Below, one piece after another: positions 1 to 9,581 of a DNA stretch of 64,000 bases (position 1 is its first letter; each line of letters begins with the position of its first letter). The notes under the pieces were generated by a model. That model made no database searches, had not been told where the DNA came from, and saw nothing but the letters and a program-made list of their open reading frames with translations. The position numbers and the translations under genes were made by a program. Source of the DNA: Patescibacteria group bacterium (GTDB lineage Bacteria > Patescibacteriota > Minisyncoccia > Minisyncoccales > UBA5738); assembly GCA_022710775.1 (NCBI GenBank), contig JAKLGH010000001.1:134522-198521 (forward strand), in the 5' to 3' direction.

Positions 1-1966
1 TTGTTTTGTTCAAAAACACTCGTTTCTTCATATTTCATTATCGCAAGATATTGTTTTCCATGTTCATTTTGCAATATTACGCAAGAATTGTCTTTTTCTT
101 TATTTATATCCCAGCCAGCCGCTAGCGATGAATTTTCAAAATTCAATTTTAATTTTCCCAGTTTGTTTTGCGGCTTTTGAGTTAAATAATTTCTAACGAC
201 ATCATAGTCTTTAACGACTTCAAAAACCTTAACTTTATCGAGGATTTCTGTAAAATTTCCATCAATAGAATATTTCGCTTTAACTCTCCAATATTTCAAA
301 ATTTGCCCCGCAAAAAGCGCGTCGTCAAGCCAAGCCTTGATCGCAATCTTGCTTTCGTCTTTTTGATAATCTCCTTTCTCGATTTTTAGAACTTCGTCCG
401 CCCCCTTAATAAATTTTTTAGATAAATCCTCAATGTCATTGCAGATCATTTTCAACAATGCTTCGTGCGGCGTCTGGGCGTTCTTAATAATGTCTTGCTT
501 TGCCTTGTTATTATCCTTAAAATTTTCACGAAATAAAACGCCTTCTTTGTCCCAATCATCTTGCCCGTCCAAAACTTCAAACAAATCAGAAAGCTGGACT
601 GCCCGCGGAACTTTTGCTTCACCGCTGTTTTTATCTTCATTGAAAATTTTTGCTTTTATCAATTTTTCTTTTAAATTGCCGAAATTACCAAAATATTTTC
701 CGGAGATTGTGTTAATTGCCTTGTCCGACCAATAGATATTTTCAAAATTATCCAAATTCAAAAGATAATCTGTAAAGGCTTTGACGGTTTCTTTATCTTT
801 TCCACCCGTAAAATATTTGTCGCCAAGATTTTTTGCTTTTGTTAAAACATCATTAAGTTCATCGTTATCTTTTATGGTTTTTAAAAAATCTTTTTTTTCT
901 CCGCAACCAATTTGCTTGAATAAGCTTTTAAATTTGGGAAGGTTATTTTTGGTTTGCTGATAATACAGATTAACCAAATAATTCAGGTTGCCAACTTTTG
1001 AATTGTAGGAATCAATCTCTGATTGAGACAAACAATTTACAAAATTTGCTAAGGCAAAGCTAGCTTTATCATTCTTAATATCATAAGCCGAAATAAATTC
1101 GGTTTTTTTATCCGTTCCATCCCATTTTGGATTTCTTAATCTTAATTCTTTGCCGGCATTTTGAAGTTCTGTAAAAACTTTATCATATTCATCTTTATTT
1201 TTTTATAAGATAATAGATTGTCAACAAATTTAGGCAAATTTTCATCCACAATACGGCTCGCCACCGCAGTCGCTTTTTCTTCGGTAGAATAGTAGTTCTC
1301 TCTATTTTTATTAAATCCGCCAAAATAGGTAAAAAAGCTCCTCATTTTTTCCAGTGCCTTTTCTATTTTTTCCTTATTGGCTTCATTATTTTTCACCAAA
1401 ACCTTTACTTCCGGAATTTTTAAATTATCAAAATAAGCCGGATCAACCGATAATTTATTTTTTACATAAGCTAAAATACCCGCTTCTGTTAAAACTTTAT
1501 AACCGTTTTCTTTCAAGAAATCATTGTTTTTATCGTTTTTTCCTGCGACACTTTTAAACTTTTTTCCTGCGACTATATAAAGTTTATCGAATTCTTTTCG
1601 CAGTTTCTTTTCTTCATCTTGGAGCGGTTTATCTATTTTTTTTCGTATTTCTTTGTCCTGTTCGGCTTTTTGTTTTTCGTATAACTTAAAATATTCAGAA
1701 AAATCAATTTCTTTTGCCTTATCACTTTCAAGAGCTTCGGTAATAAATTCCCCGTGTATTTTATCAAAAACCGGCTTTAAAATCTGGTAAGCATCCTCTA
1801 TTTCCTGGTCTGCAAAAAAAGTGCGTAAATTTTCATCATATCTTAAATTAGCAGCCATATTTTCCCTTGTTTTTCCAATCGGCTTGAGCTCGAACCTCAA
1901 AGTTTTTGCCAGCGAATATTGATGCGTAAAATTATCATAAATTGTTTTTGTTTTTTTGTTTTCCAT
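1..1966 (-). CDS. cas12a: Cas12a (Cpf1) type V-A CRISPR effector, N-terminal ~655 codons; the gene continues past the window start; apparent 1-bp deletion frameshift in an A-run (coding strand) near 1197-1204
   Basis: ORF 1142..1966 starts MENKKTKTIYDNFTHQYSLAKTLRFELKPIGKT.. and contains ..RIVDENLPKF.., matching the conserved Cas12a N-terminus (FnCas12a ..KYSLSKTLRFELIPQGKT.., RIVDDNLPKF). After a frame change in the A7 tract the minus strand stays open to position 1 and encodes ..RNYLTQKPQNKLGKLKLNFENSSLAAGWDINKEKDNSCVILQNEHGKQYLAIMKYEE.. (cf. Fn ..[56 protein letters not shown]..). Confidence 0.85.
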
Positions 1967-2425
1967 GTTTGATCTGTTAATTTATTTGCCAAAAAGGGAC
2001 GACGGTTGTCGCCCAATGAAAACGCTTACCAAACGGTTAAGCAAATTGGAACCGTCGCCCCTCTTTATCAAAAAACCACCCGGTTTTTTACAAAAAAGAA
2101 GCGAATTAACGCTTTTGAAAGCATTTTCATTGGCTGCGACTTATTTATGTTCCCATGTTGATAAAAAAAAGTCAAATTTTATCGCTCTCTCTCATAAAAG
2201 CCAACCAACCAATTTTTTCCTTCCCCGAAAGAACAGCCTCTTAAAAAACCGGCAGAAGATTTACTTTTATTGGATTTTTGGTACAGGGGTCTAACCCCTG
2301 TACCACTAAAAATAATCTTTGGCCTCTCCATCTCCTCTTTCTTTACCCTGTTCGTCATCCCCGCCCTCTTCGCCCAGTTCTTAAAAGAGGAAAAGTAGCA
2401 AACTGGCCGTTGTTCCAGCCAAAAC

Positions 2426-2455
2426 AAAACCGCCCTTATCGGGCGGTTTTGTTTT
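2426..2455. terminator. bidirectional rho-independent terminator (ccgccc-ttat-gggcgg flanked by A-run and T-run)
   Basis: aaaacaaaaccgcccttatcgggcggttttgtttt; lies just downstream of the CAP-domain gene on the minus strand. Confidence 0.7.
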
Positions 2456-2499
2456 CCAGAGACCGGGACTCTGTTGGCTAGGCCCGTTCTTGGCGGCAG

Positions 2500-3681
2500 C
2501 TATAGGTCGTCGAGACATTCATTATATTCGCGAACCTGGGCGTTGTATTCGTCCGCGCTTTCGCGGTATCGGGCGTAGATATTTTTTTGATCCGCCACTT
2601 TTTGGTTGTAATTCTTCACTTCTTCGTTTATTTGGTCGATCAAAATGTTCAGAGCCTCATTTACCTCCGCGGCTTCGCTGTACCGTCCGTAACCCTGAAG
2701 CTCTTCGATCCGGACCTTTAATTCTCCGGCCTCTTGTTTCATCGAGTCGATCGCCTGCGACATCAGCGCCAGACCAGCCTCTATGTCCTCCAGCTCGGCT
2801 TTCAGGCTATCGACCCTGTTGGCAAGATCCTCGTTTGGAGCAAAGCACGCCGATGAAGGCGTGCCGAAAAATTGAACCGCCAGCCAGGTATTATGGCCCT
2901 CAAACATCCCGTAGCCGACAGCCGCGCCGATCTCCTGAAAATTATCGCTCAAAATATTGTTGCGGTGACCCGGACTTTTCATCCAGCCGGAAACCAGATC
3001 GGCATCGCCGATAAAATTTCCTTGGGCGAGATTTTCCCCGGAAACCAGGCTGTCATAACCGGCTTCGTCCAAAAAGTGGTTCATCTTCAACCCTTCCGGT
3101 GATTCGTGGGCGAAATACTGCTTTGAGAACATATCCCGCACGCGGTATTCCGCCGCACGATCCAGCTTGGCGCTTTCTTTAAGCTCGCTGCCGGCGCCCA
3201 GAAACGAGATCCGCTCACGGTTGGTAAGCTCGATAACGCCAGCCGAACTAAGTCCGGCGCCTTCTTCTGTTTCCTGGTTTCCGCCGTCTGTCTGTTTAAA
3301 ACCGCCATCGCCGGTTTTTACCGGTGAACCTTCCGTTATAATTTCTGGCTTTAATGCTGTTTCCGGATTTTTCCTTTCGGTTTCCGGCTCCGCTTTTATC
3401 GCGCCTCGCTGGGCATCCGCGATCTTTTTTTCGACCTCAATTTTGAGCGCGGGAACCGCTTCGTCCAGATTAAGATCAATGGGGTTAAGTTCTTTGAACT
3501 TTTCAACGGAATGTTTGGTTTCAGCAATTTTCCTTTCAAGCGCGTCTTTCTTTTTTTCAAAAAACCCCGCGATAAGACCCGGGTCGGTTATGCCGGAAAA
3601 ATGGCCGCGTTCCAAATAGATCCCGCAAACCAAAATCGCGATCGCGGAATAAAATAAAAAGATTTTTCGATACGATAACAT
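2500..3681 (-). CDS. secreted/membrane-anchored CAP (SCP/PR1, YkwD-like) domain protein with C-terminal coiled coil; start chosen at internal Met (MLSYRKIFLF.. signal anchor), ORF track extends to 3846
   Basis: CAP-domain motifs ..GHRNNILSDNFQEIGAAVGYG.. and ..GYDSLVSGENLAQGNF..; N-terminal hydrophobic segment; C-terminal heptad-like ELKVRIEELQ region. Confidence 0.75.
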   Translation of the reverse strand: MLSYRKIFLFYSAIAILVCGIYLERGHFSGITDPGLIAGFFEKKKDALERKIAETKHSVEKFKELNPIDLNLDEAVPALKIEVEKKIADAQRGAIKAEPETERKNPETALKPEIITEGSPVKTGDGGFKQTDGGNQETEEGAGLSSAGVIELTNRERISFLGAGSELKESAKLDRAAEYRVRDMFSKQYFAHESPEGLKMNHFLDEAGYDSLVSGENLAQGNFIGDADLVSGWMKSPGHRNNILSDNFQEIGAAVGYGMFEGHNTWLAVQFFGTPSSACFAPNEDLANRVDSLKAELEDIEAGLALMSQAIDSMKQEAGELKVRIEELQGYGRYSEAAEVNEALNILIDQINEEVKNYNQKVADQKNIYARYRESADEYNAQVREYNECLDDL

Positions 3682-3888
3682 GCGATGCGAACAGCTTATT
3701 TTTATTAATCTGGAAGAATACCCCGCTGGCTTTGCCGCGCAGGATGAATGCCAGCCCGGAGCGGTTTGCCTGGGTCCCGCAAAATGCGGGAATAGCGGGG
3801 GATTAACAAAATACTTCGGGGCTCTGCCCCGAAGCAGTTTATTCAAAAAAGAAAATCATTTTTGGCCAAAAAATATTCCGGCCGGCAA

Positions 3889-4650
3889 TCAGCGGATCTG
3901 GCGGCAATTGTTTTCGCATGAGAACATTTTTTCGCTTTCTTGGGCAAAATCGTTTTCGCATTTTTCAACGCAGGCTTTGCATTCATCGAACAGCTTCGAC
4001 TGCTCCGGCTGGCATTTACCGTCGACAACGGCGCATTTAGCAAATTGGCGGCAGTAATCGCCAAGCTCGTAAATCTCGGTGCAGGCATCAGGCTTTTTTG
4101 GTCCGCAAACAATATCCAGTCCGTGGCAGTCTTCGATAACGCACAATCCAGGTTCGTCAGGTTCCTCGGTGCCGGCTTCCTTGATACCCGGCCTGTCTCT
4201 AACGATATAAACCACCTTCATTTGGTCGATAAACGCCGGCATCTTGCTTTTCAAATCGGGTGAATTCTCTTTTAGATAGATCTGCACGCACATCGTATTC
4301 TCGCATTCGCCGATAACCATATGGTCATAGGCCGGATATTGCTTTAACGCTGGTTCGTACGCCTCCTTGATTGCCACAATCGGATCCGGCAGCGGCTGGT
4401 GCGTCCTGATCTGTTCGAATTTCTCATCGTAAAATCCGCTGTCTTTGCAATCCTGTATGGGCCGGCAAGCCAGCTTGCAATTTCGGCAGGATTGGCAAAT
4501 AGCGCACCGGGCCGGGCAATCGTTGATTGAATGAGAACCGCAATCGACAGGCTTCAAATAATTTTCGTAATAAAATCCGTAAATTAACACGCTTATCAAA
4601 ACCACGGTCAAAAAAATAACCGAATATAAGCCTTTAGGCAATTTTTTCAT
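3889..4650 (-). CDS. cysteine-rich secreted/membrane-anchored hypothetical protein
   Basis: 253-aa ORF with N-terminal TM (LYSVIFLTVVLISVLIYGF) and >25 Cys in CxxC/CxxxC spacings. Confidence 0.6.
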   Translation of the reverse strand: MKKLPKGLYSVIFLTVVLISVLIYGFYYENYLKPVDCGSHSINDCPARCAICQSCRNCKLACRPIQDCKDSGFYDEKFEQIRTHQPLPDPIVAIKEAYEPALKQYPAYDHMVIGECENTMCVQIYLKENSPDLKSKMPAFIDQMKVVYIVRDRPGIKEAGTEEPDEPGLCVIEDCHGLDIVCGPKKPDACTEIYELGDYCRQFAKCAVVDGKCQPEQSKLFDECKACVEKCENDFAQESEKMFSCENNCRQIR

Positions 4651-4810
4651 AAATATTGGGTTTGATTCGCCAGTTTAAAACTTGGCTGGCGAGTCTTGAA
4701 TTACTGATTCCTTTGTTTGATTTTATACCATTCCAAGCCTGGTTTGAATACTAACCAGCCGATAAACGTTCATTTTATCAAAAAAGCGGATTAATACCGC
4801 TTATTTTTTA

Positions 4811-5062
4811 TTATAGGCCGCGAAATCTGCAGGCAAACTCAATGCCTTCGATCTGCTTCAAAAAGAACTGCGAATCTTTGACCAATGTTACAATCAAGCA
4901 TTTTCTGGCAGACAAGCTTGATTTAAGAGCTCTATCCAATTCTTTTCCGGAACCATTAGGCGGTTTGCCCAACAGGCTGTCGATCTCATCGATCATCCGG
5001 GAAAGATCATCGATCTGGCGCATAACCATCGTCCTCTCTTCGTCCAGTGTTATCATAATCAC
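4811..5062 (-). CDS. hypothetical small protein
   Basis: 83-aa ORF only; no recognisable motif. Confidence 0.3.
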   Translation of the reverse strand: MIMITLDEERTMVMRQIDDLSRMIDEIDSLLGKPPNGSGKELDRALKSSLSARKCLIVTLVKDSQFFLKQIEGIEFACRFRGL

Positions 5063-5154
5063 CCTCCTTTGAACCGGTTTAATCTGTTATCGATATTTTA
5101 ACTGTTCGGCTGTTTTTTTCAAAGTTCTAATCGTTTTAATCCCCGGAGATATAA

Positions 5155-5182
5155 AAAGAAAAAAGGTTTAAAAACCTTTTTT
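5155..5182. terminator. rho-independent terminator (aaaaaggttt-aa-aaacctttttt)
   Basis: perfect A/T-flanked hairpin immediately 3' of the 5181..5462 gene. Confidence 0.6.
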
Positions 5183-5462
5183 AATACTGGGCGCGGACGT
5201 GATCCCGGATGGCGCCTTTAGCCAATTCCATGAAGCCGTCCGGATTAACGTCGGGGTCGCACTCCTTGGCAAGGTCGAACATTTCCAGCCCAATGGCGAC
5301 AAACATTGACGAACCCCGTTCTAGGCCTAATAGCTTGGATAGATTCAGCCAGGCTTGGTCATTATCTTCAATCGTTCCCAAGCGCTGAATGCCATAAACC
5401 ATGATCCCGGCTGCCACCGTGCTTACGCTTATATTCCTGCCGCTTTCGTCTTTCATTGTCAT
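5181..5462 (-). CDS. hypothetical protein
   Basis: 93-aa ORF followed by a terminator hairpin. Confidence 0.4.
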   Translation of the reverse strand: MTMKDESGRNISVSTVAAGIMVYGIQRLGTIEDNDQAWLNLSKLLGLERGSSMFVAIGLEMFDLAKECDPDVNPDGFMELAKGAIRDHVRAQY

Positions 5463-5570
5463 GCTCCTGCCTTTTAAGCAATCGTAAATATAATTTTTTT
5501 CCGCCGGTTTGTCAAGGCTGCGGGCTAAAGGACAAAGAAAAAACGGGCATGTTCCCGTTTTATAATACGG

Positions 5571-6467
5571 CTATCTTAATTCGCCGTAAAACTTCATCTT
5601 AACCATCGCGTCTCCCCGGATATCGATAATGCGGTTCGAAAAATAATCGATTCCCCAAGGACCAAAACGGAAATACAAAAGCAATATACCCGCTATCAAG
5701 GGAAAAATACCGATCTCAGCCAACCGCAGTCTGGTGGCTATGGTCAGAACCAGGCCCATGGCAGTGAGAAGAACTCCCAGGACCGAAAATACGTCTTCGG
5801 CATGGGGTATCTTGATCCCTTTTCGAACCTCTATGATGGAATTTTCCATTCCGTCGGCGTATGCGGAGAACCGGTTTGCCGAGATGATCATTTTCTTTTC
5901 GGTCCGCCCGTCCGTAATGGCTACGCCGCCGTCGCTCGAAAATTCAAAGCTCGCTTCTTGAGCTTCGACTATAAAGGGAAACTGGATCGACCGCAATGGT
6001 TCGCCGCTCGTATGCAGGCCGTCTTCCACGAACTCTCCGACCAGTCTGATCGGATCAAGACCTTGCAAAACCACCGCGGCATTCTCTTTAACGGACCGGA
6101 TGACAATATGCGCCCGTTTCAGATCGGTTTCCATTTCATCGGTCTTAAACCTTGACAGCGCGGCCAGCGGCGCGGAATCACCTTTATCTATCACTTCCAG
6201 CGCTATGCTGGCAAAATTATTGTTGCCCGAGTTATAGCGCTGCTGCAAAGTTTTGATCAGCTGCGGCACTGTCAGAAGGTAGACTTTCCCGATCACAGAA
6301 ATGGTTTTCCTTTCGGTATAGAAAGCCGGGTCGACAAGCTCGATAACTTCCGACAGAACATCCCTGCCTGCCGCTTCCGGAACGTGAGGAGAGGTTCTTT
6401 TCGGGTCGTCCATAACCCGTTTTATCTCCTCCTCCAGTCCGGACCGGATATCCGCGAATTCTTTCAT
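5571..6467 (-). CDS. hypothetical protein with two C-terminal TM helices
   Basis: 298-aa ORF; C-terminal hydrophobic helices VFSVLGVLLTAMGLVLTIA / IGIFPLIAGILLLYF; abuts the upstream 6481..6951 ORF (operon-like). Confidence 0.5.
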   Translation of the reverse strand: MKEFADIRSGLEEEIKRVMDDPKRTSPHVPEAAGRDVLSEVIELVDPAFYTERKTISVIGKVYLLTVPQLIKTLQQRYNSGNNNFASIALEVIDKGDSAPLAALSRFKTDEMETDLKRAHIVIRSVKENAAVVLQGLDPIRLVGEFVEDGLHTSGEPLRSIQFPFIVEAQEASFEFSSDGGVAITDGRTEKKMIISANRFSAYADGMENSIIEVRKGIKIPHAEDVFSVLGVLLTAMGLVLTIATRLRLAEIGIFPLIAGILLLYFRFGPWGIDYFSNRIIDIRGDAMVKMKFYGELR

Positions 6468-6480
6468 GCTGCCCCCGTCT

Positions 6481-6942
6481 TTACAGGAGGCGGATAAAAG
6501 CGCCGCTGGATACCGTTATTGTGAGGGTCGGCGTCTGTTTGAAGACCTGGCCGTCAATTGTAACCTTGTCCGGATCCTGGACCGGGAGCGGCTTTATCTC
6601 CAGTTCTTTTTTGGATTTAAGCTGCTCTCCCGGAATAAATTTCCTGACTCCGGTTACAGTAACAATTCCCTTGGCCAAATAAAGATCGCCTTCTTTCCCG
6701 GACTTCAACTCTCCGTTCGCGGCTTCGATCTTGATATCCAGAGCGAGGGGATTTTCAATGTTCTCGGCCCTGATCTCGTTGGCGGTCAAAATATCCGGTT
6801 TGCCGACAATTCTTACCTCGGCGGTCTCGGGAGCCACGATCTCAATGCACCGGGCGGAAAATATCCGATCCCTGATAGCTATGTACTCTTCGGGCGTTAC
6901 GATCGTTCTCTGTTCCTGAATTAATTTCTGTTCCTGTTTCAT
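6481..6942 (-). CDS. hypothetical protein (probable first gene of a two-gene operon with 5571..6467)
   Basis: 153-aa ORF (MKQEQKLIQEQ..), no recognisable motif. Confidence 0.45.
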   Translation of the reverse strand: MKQEQKLIQEQRTIVTPEEYIAIRDRIFSARCIEIVAPETAEVRIVGKPDILTANEIRAENIENPLALDIKIEAANGELKSGKEGDLYLAKGIVTVTGVRKFIPGEQLKSKKELEIKPLPVQDPDKVTIDGQVFKQTPTLTITVSSGAFIRLL

Positions 6943-7030
6943 ACAATGCACCCCTTTTTAAGGTTCTGATATAGTTTTTAATATTATTTAATTAATTTGT
7001 CAACTAGCTTACCGTTTTAAACCAAAGAAA

Positions 7031-7053
7031 AAAGGGATGCTGTTCATCCCTTT
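7031..7053. terminator. rho-independent terminator (aaagggatg-ctgtt-catcccttt)
   Basis: hairpin plus T-run on the minus strand directly after the out-of-frame PGF-CTERM stop at 7052-7054. Confidence 0.6.
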
Positions 7054-7224
7054 ATTGCCGGCGGCGAAACGCGATTAGCGCAACCGCCAAAAGTCCCGAA
7101 ATTGCGAAGACGGCTTCAAATCCCGGCTCCGATGGCACATCTTCCTCGCCTGCCTTATTAGCAGCAGGCGCGGCCGCCGGGGCAGAATGCTCTTGGGCAG
7201 TCTGCGCTGGAGCGGCTCCGCTTA
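7052..7224 (-). other. out-of-frame C-terminal extension encoding a linker plus PGF-CTERM-like sorting signal (..PSEPGFEAVFAISGLLAVALIAFRRRQ*); joins the SPFH gene if one A is added to the A6 run (T-run 7229-7234 on the plus strand)
   Basis: Minus-strand frame with codons at 7052..7222 is open. It reads ..KKRVSGAAPAQTAQEHSAPAAAPAANKAGEEDVPSEPGFEAVFAISGLLAVALIAFRRRQ and ends in a PGF motif + hydrophobic helix + RRR, the archaeosortase-type PGF-CTERM architecture. Inserting one A gives ..AAELLKKRVSGAAP.. continuous with the SPFH ORF. Confidence 0.55.
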
Positions 7225-8037
7225 CCCGTTTTTTAGGAGCTCTGCCGCATTCAGCATCATCCCGTTGCCGCCGCCGCCAATGATCACGGTGTTCGGATTG
7301 GAAGCAATGGCCTCTACATACTTGTACTGGACCAACGTCGGGGTGATAGAATTGGCAACCATCTGATTAGCCTTTGCCTGAGCCTCGGCAGCGGATAGTA
7401 TCTTCAAATTCTCCTGTTGCTGAACTAGGACAGAGAACTTCATTGTCTCGACTTCCTGGCCTCTCTTAATCTTGGCCTCAATAGCCTTAACAACTTCATC
7501 CGGCAAGACAACTCCGCGGATCAAGACCTGGTCAAGTATAATACCTTCTTTGACCAAAGTTGGATACTCCTGCAGCCGCTTCTGCACATCGGCTTGGATT
7601 TCGGAAGCCTTTCCGGTATAGATATCTTCCGCCGTCCAACGCTTGATCTCGTCGCGCAACACATACATGAAGATCGGCGTGATCAATGTGTCAAAGTAGC
7701 TACCCGACACATTCTTGTATATCCCAACCGAAGACCCAGGTTTGATCCGATATATAATGGATACATCAGGCGTGACCGAAAGCCCTTCCTTGGTCAGGGT
7801 ACCTTCAATCTTTGTATATTCATGCGAAAGCTGTTTTAGCTCGAACGGTATCACATGACCCCAGGGTGCAATGTAATTCCAGCCTGACGGTAAAGGCTTG
7901 TCTTCCACCGTTCCCAGTTTGTAATATACACCCTCGTAACCGGGTTCGATGATCTCGACCGTCGCCATCACCACAAAAGCACCCAGTATTACTAGTATAC
8001 CTAGCAAACTGGCTGTTCCTCTTCCTCCAAGTGACAT
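7222..8037 (-). CDS. SPFH/band-7 (prohibitin/HflC-like) family protein; annotated stop probably caused by a homopolymer indel
   Basis: N-terminal TM (LLGILVILGAFVVMA) followed by an SPFH domain (..VSIIYRIKPGS.., ..AEAQAKANQMVA.., coiled region). Confidence 0.85.
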   Translation of the reverse strand: MSLGGRGTASLLGILVILGAFVVMATVEIIEPGYEGVYYKLGTVEDKPLPSGWNYIAPWGHVIPFELKQLSHEYTKIEGTLTKEGLSVTPDVSIIYRIKPGSSVGIYKNVSGSYFDTLITPIFMYVLRDEIKRWTAEDIYTGKASEIQADVQKRLQEYPTLVKEGIILDQVLIRGVVLPDEVVKAIEAKIKRGQEVETMKFSVLVQQQENLKILSAAEAQAKANQMVANSITPTLVQYKYVEAIASNPNTVIIGGGGNGMMLNAAELLKNG

Positions 8038-8273
8038 ATTTACTACCTCTCTTTCTCAATTTCTTTCAGTCTTTCCGTTGAATTAAACTTGCGCTGCAAA
8101 TTTGCGCAGCGCTTGATAGCCGGATTTTCAGCCGCCAAGCGCTAAGCAAACCTGCTTTCTTTATTAAAGTTCCCGGAAGGCATGTTCTTAGCATTGATTA
8201 AAATATTTGTCAAGGGAACAAAAAAAGCGCGGCCGCGCCTTGTTGCCAAAAACAGCTGTTGAATCTTTACCGG

Positions 8274-8744
8274 TTATTTGGCATACAAAATCAGTTTTGC
8301 TTTATCGCCATACCGCAACCCGATCTTTTTTACGGTTCCGGCGCCGGCTTCGAAAACATATTGCGATTCGATCACGGGCGTAACTACCGGACATCGCTCG
8401 TCTTTGCAGGGTTGCGCGTTCTCGTTGATAAATACCACCCGGCGGTCCTGGTCCAGCCAAACCATATCAAGCGGAATTAAGGTATTCTTCATCCAGAAAG
8501 AATAATAACCGGGCTTATCGTAAATAAAAAGCATCCCTTTGTCGGCATCGAGGCTCTGGCGCTCCATCAGGCCTTTCTCGCGCTCCGCGGCCGTTGCCGC
8601 GATTTCAACGGCGAAACAATCGCTGTCAAAACAAACGCGGGACACATCGCCAACGCCGCCATATTTTTTTTGGTAAACAAAATAGCCAAAAAAAATATCA
8701 ACGGCAAAAAGAATTAAGATCGCAAAAAAAATTTTTTTATCCAT
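8274..8744 (-). CDS. DUF192 (COG1430) family protein
   Basis: ..ERQSLDADKGMLFIYDKPGYYSFWMKNTLIPLDMVWLDQDRRVVFI.. is typical of DUF192; N-terminal TM. Confidence 0.75.
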   Translation of the reverse strand: MDKKIFFAILILFAVDIFFGYFVYQKKYGGVGDVSRVCFDSDCFAVEIAATAAEREKGLMERQSLDADKGMLFIYDKPGYYSFWMKNTLIPLDMVWLDQDRRVVFINENAQPCKDERCPVVTPVIESQYVFEAGAGTVKKIGLRYGDKAKLILYAK

Positions 8745-8842
8745 AGCGTTTAAGCCTACCTGGTTCTATTATTTTCCGGCCGGCTCGCGATGTCAACAAA
8801 AAAACGGGCCTTCCCGTTTTTTTTGCAGACAAGGCAATAATA

Positions 8843-9493
8843 TTATTGCCAGACTTCCTTTACGCGCGCCTCCTGGCTGGACTTTATCACCGGTTTTCCG
8901 CCCTCGATAACAAATATCGCCTTGGTTGCCGTCCAGATCTTGCCGGTTTTCAACTCGCCCAGCAAAACTATATTTTGCGAAGCATCAGCCGAAACGCAGC
9001 CAAACGCCGCAACTTGACCCTCAAGCATCGGAGTAGTGCCGGTAAACGGGGAACAGACTGTTTGGTCCTCGAGCAGTATCAGCCAGCCCCAATTATCCTT
9101 TGCCGGAACAGTTGCGGCCGGCATTGGCAAAACCTCGGCAGTTCGCAGCCTGAAACCCGCGGTCGTGGAATACGGATTGGTATCGCAAACCACAGCGTCT
9201 TTGGACGGCAGATAGAAGCAGGGGTCTTTGATTTCATTTCCGGCGAGACAGCGCCAGGCATCGTCGCGGTAAGGCTGGGCGATCGAATTGACAAAACACT
9301 GGCCTTCGCGCTCGCCTAAAGGCAATTCTTCTTGAGGCACGTATTTGGCTACTTTCGTTTCAAAAAGCTCATTCTTGGCGGATTGTCCTGGCCGGTAGAA
9401 TTGCCACCAACTTAAAAAACCGCTGATCAGAATAAGGACGGAAATTGTAATTATTTTTTTATGTCCGGTAATATTTTTGTTCATTTTAATCAT
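8843..9493 (-). CDS. secreted hypothetical protein (N-terminal signal anchor)
   Basis: 216-aa ORF, hydrophobic N-terminus IITISVLILISGFLSWW, several Cys. Confidence 0.55.
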   Translation of the reverse strand: MIKMNKNITGHKKIITISVLILISGFLSWWQFYRPGQSAKNELFETKVAKYVPQEELPLGEREGQCFVNSIAQPYRDDAWRCLAGNEIKDPCFYLPSKDAVVCDTNPYSTTAGFRLRTAEVLPMPAATVPAKDNWGWLILLEDQTVCSPFTGTTPMLEGQVAAFGCVSADASQNIVLLGELKTGKIWTATKAIFVIEGGKPVIKSSQEARVKEVWQ

Positions 9494-9581
9494 TGCCGTT
9501 TTCGTTTGCGATGTTTAATAGGTTAAAGCAGTTTTTCTTTTTTTTCAAGCCTTGATCCATTGGCAACTCCGCTCGATGTTT

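Noticed and set aside
433-735. ORFs 433..735(+) and 452..640(-)
   Set aside because: They lie inside and antisense to the continuous Cas12a reading frame.
1967-2425. CRISPR array or leader next to cas12a
   Set aside because: No direct repeats with regular spacing. The only hairpin (ggtacaggggtctaacccctgtacc, 2281-2305) is single-copy and unlike the Cas12a repeat stem (UCUACU...GUAGAU).
2490-3619. Plus-strand ORFs 2490..3014, 2872..3102, 3167..3619 and similar antisense ORFs inside large genes (e.g. 27684..28256, 29426..29863, 43796..44323, 55654..56277, 56360..56959)
   Set aside because: All are embedded antisense in well-supported minus-strand genes. Their Arg/Pro/Ala-rich low-complexity translations are typical of GC-rich antisense frames.
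5571-6467. Gas-vesicle GvpL/F or NfeD partner of the nearby SPFH gene
   Set aside because: No diagnostic motifs for either family; left as hypothetical.
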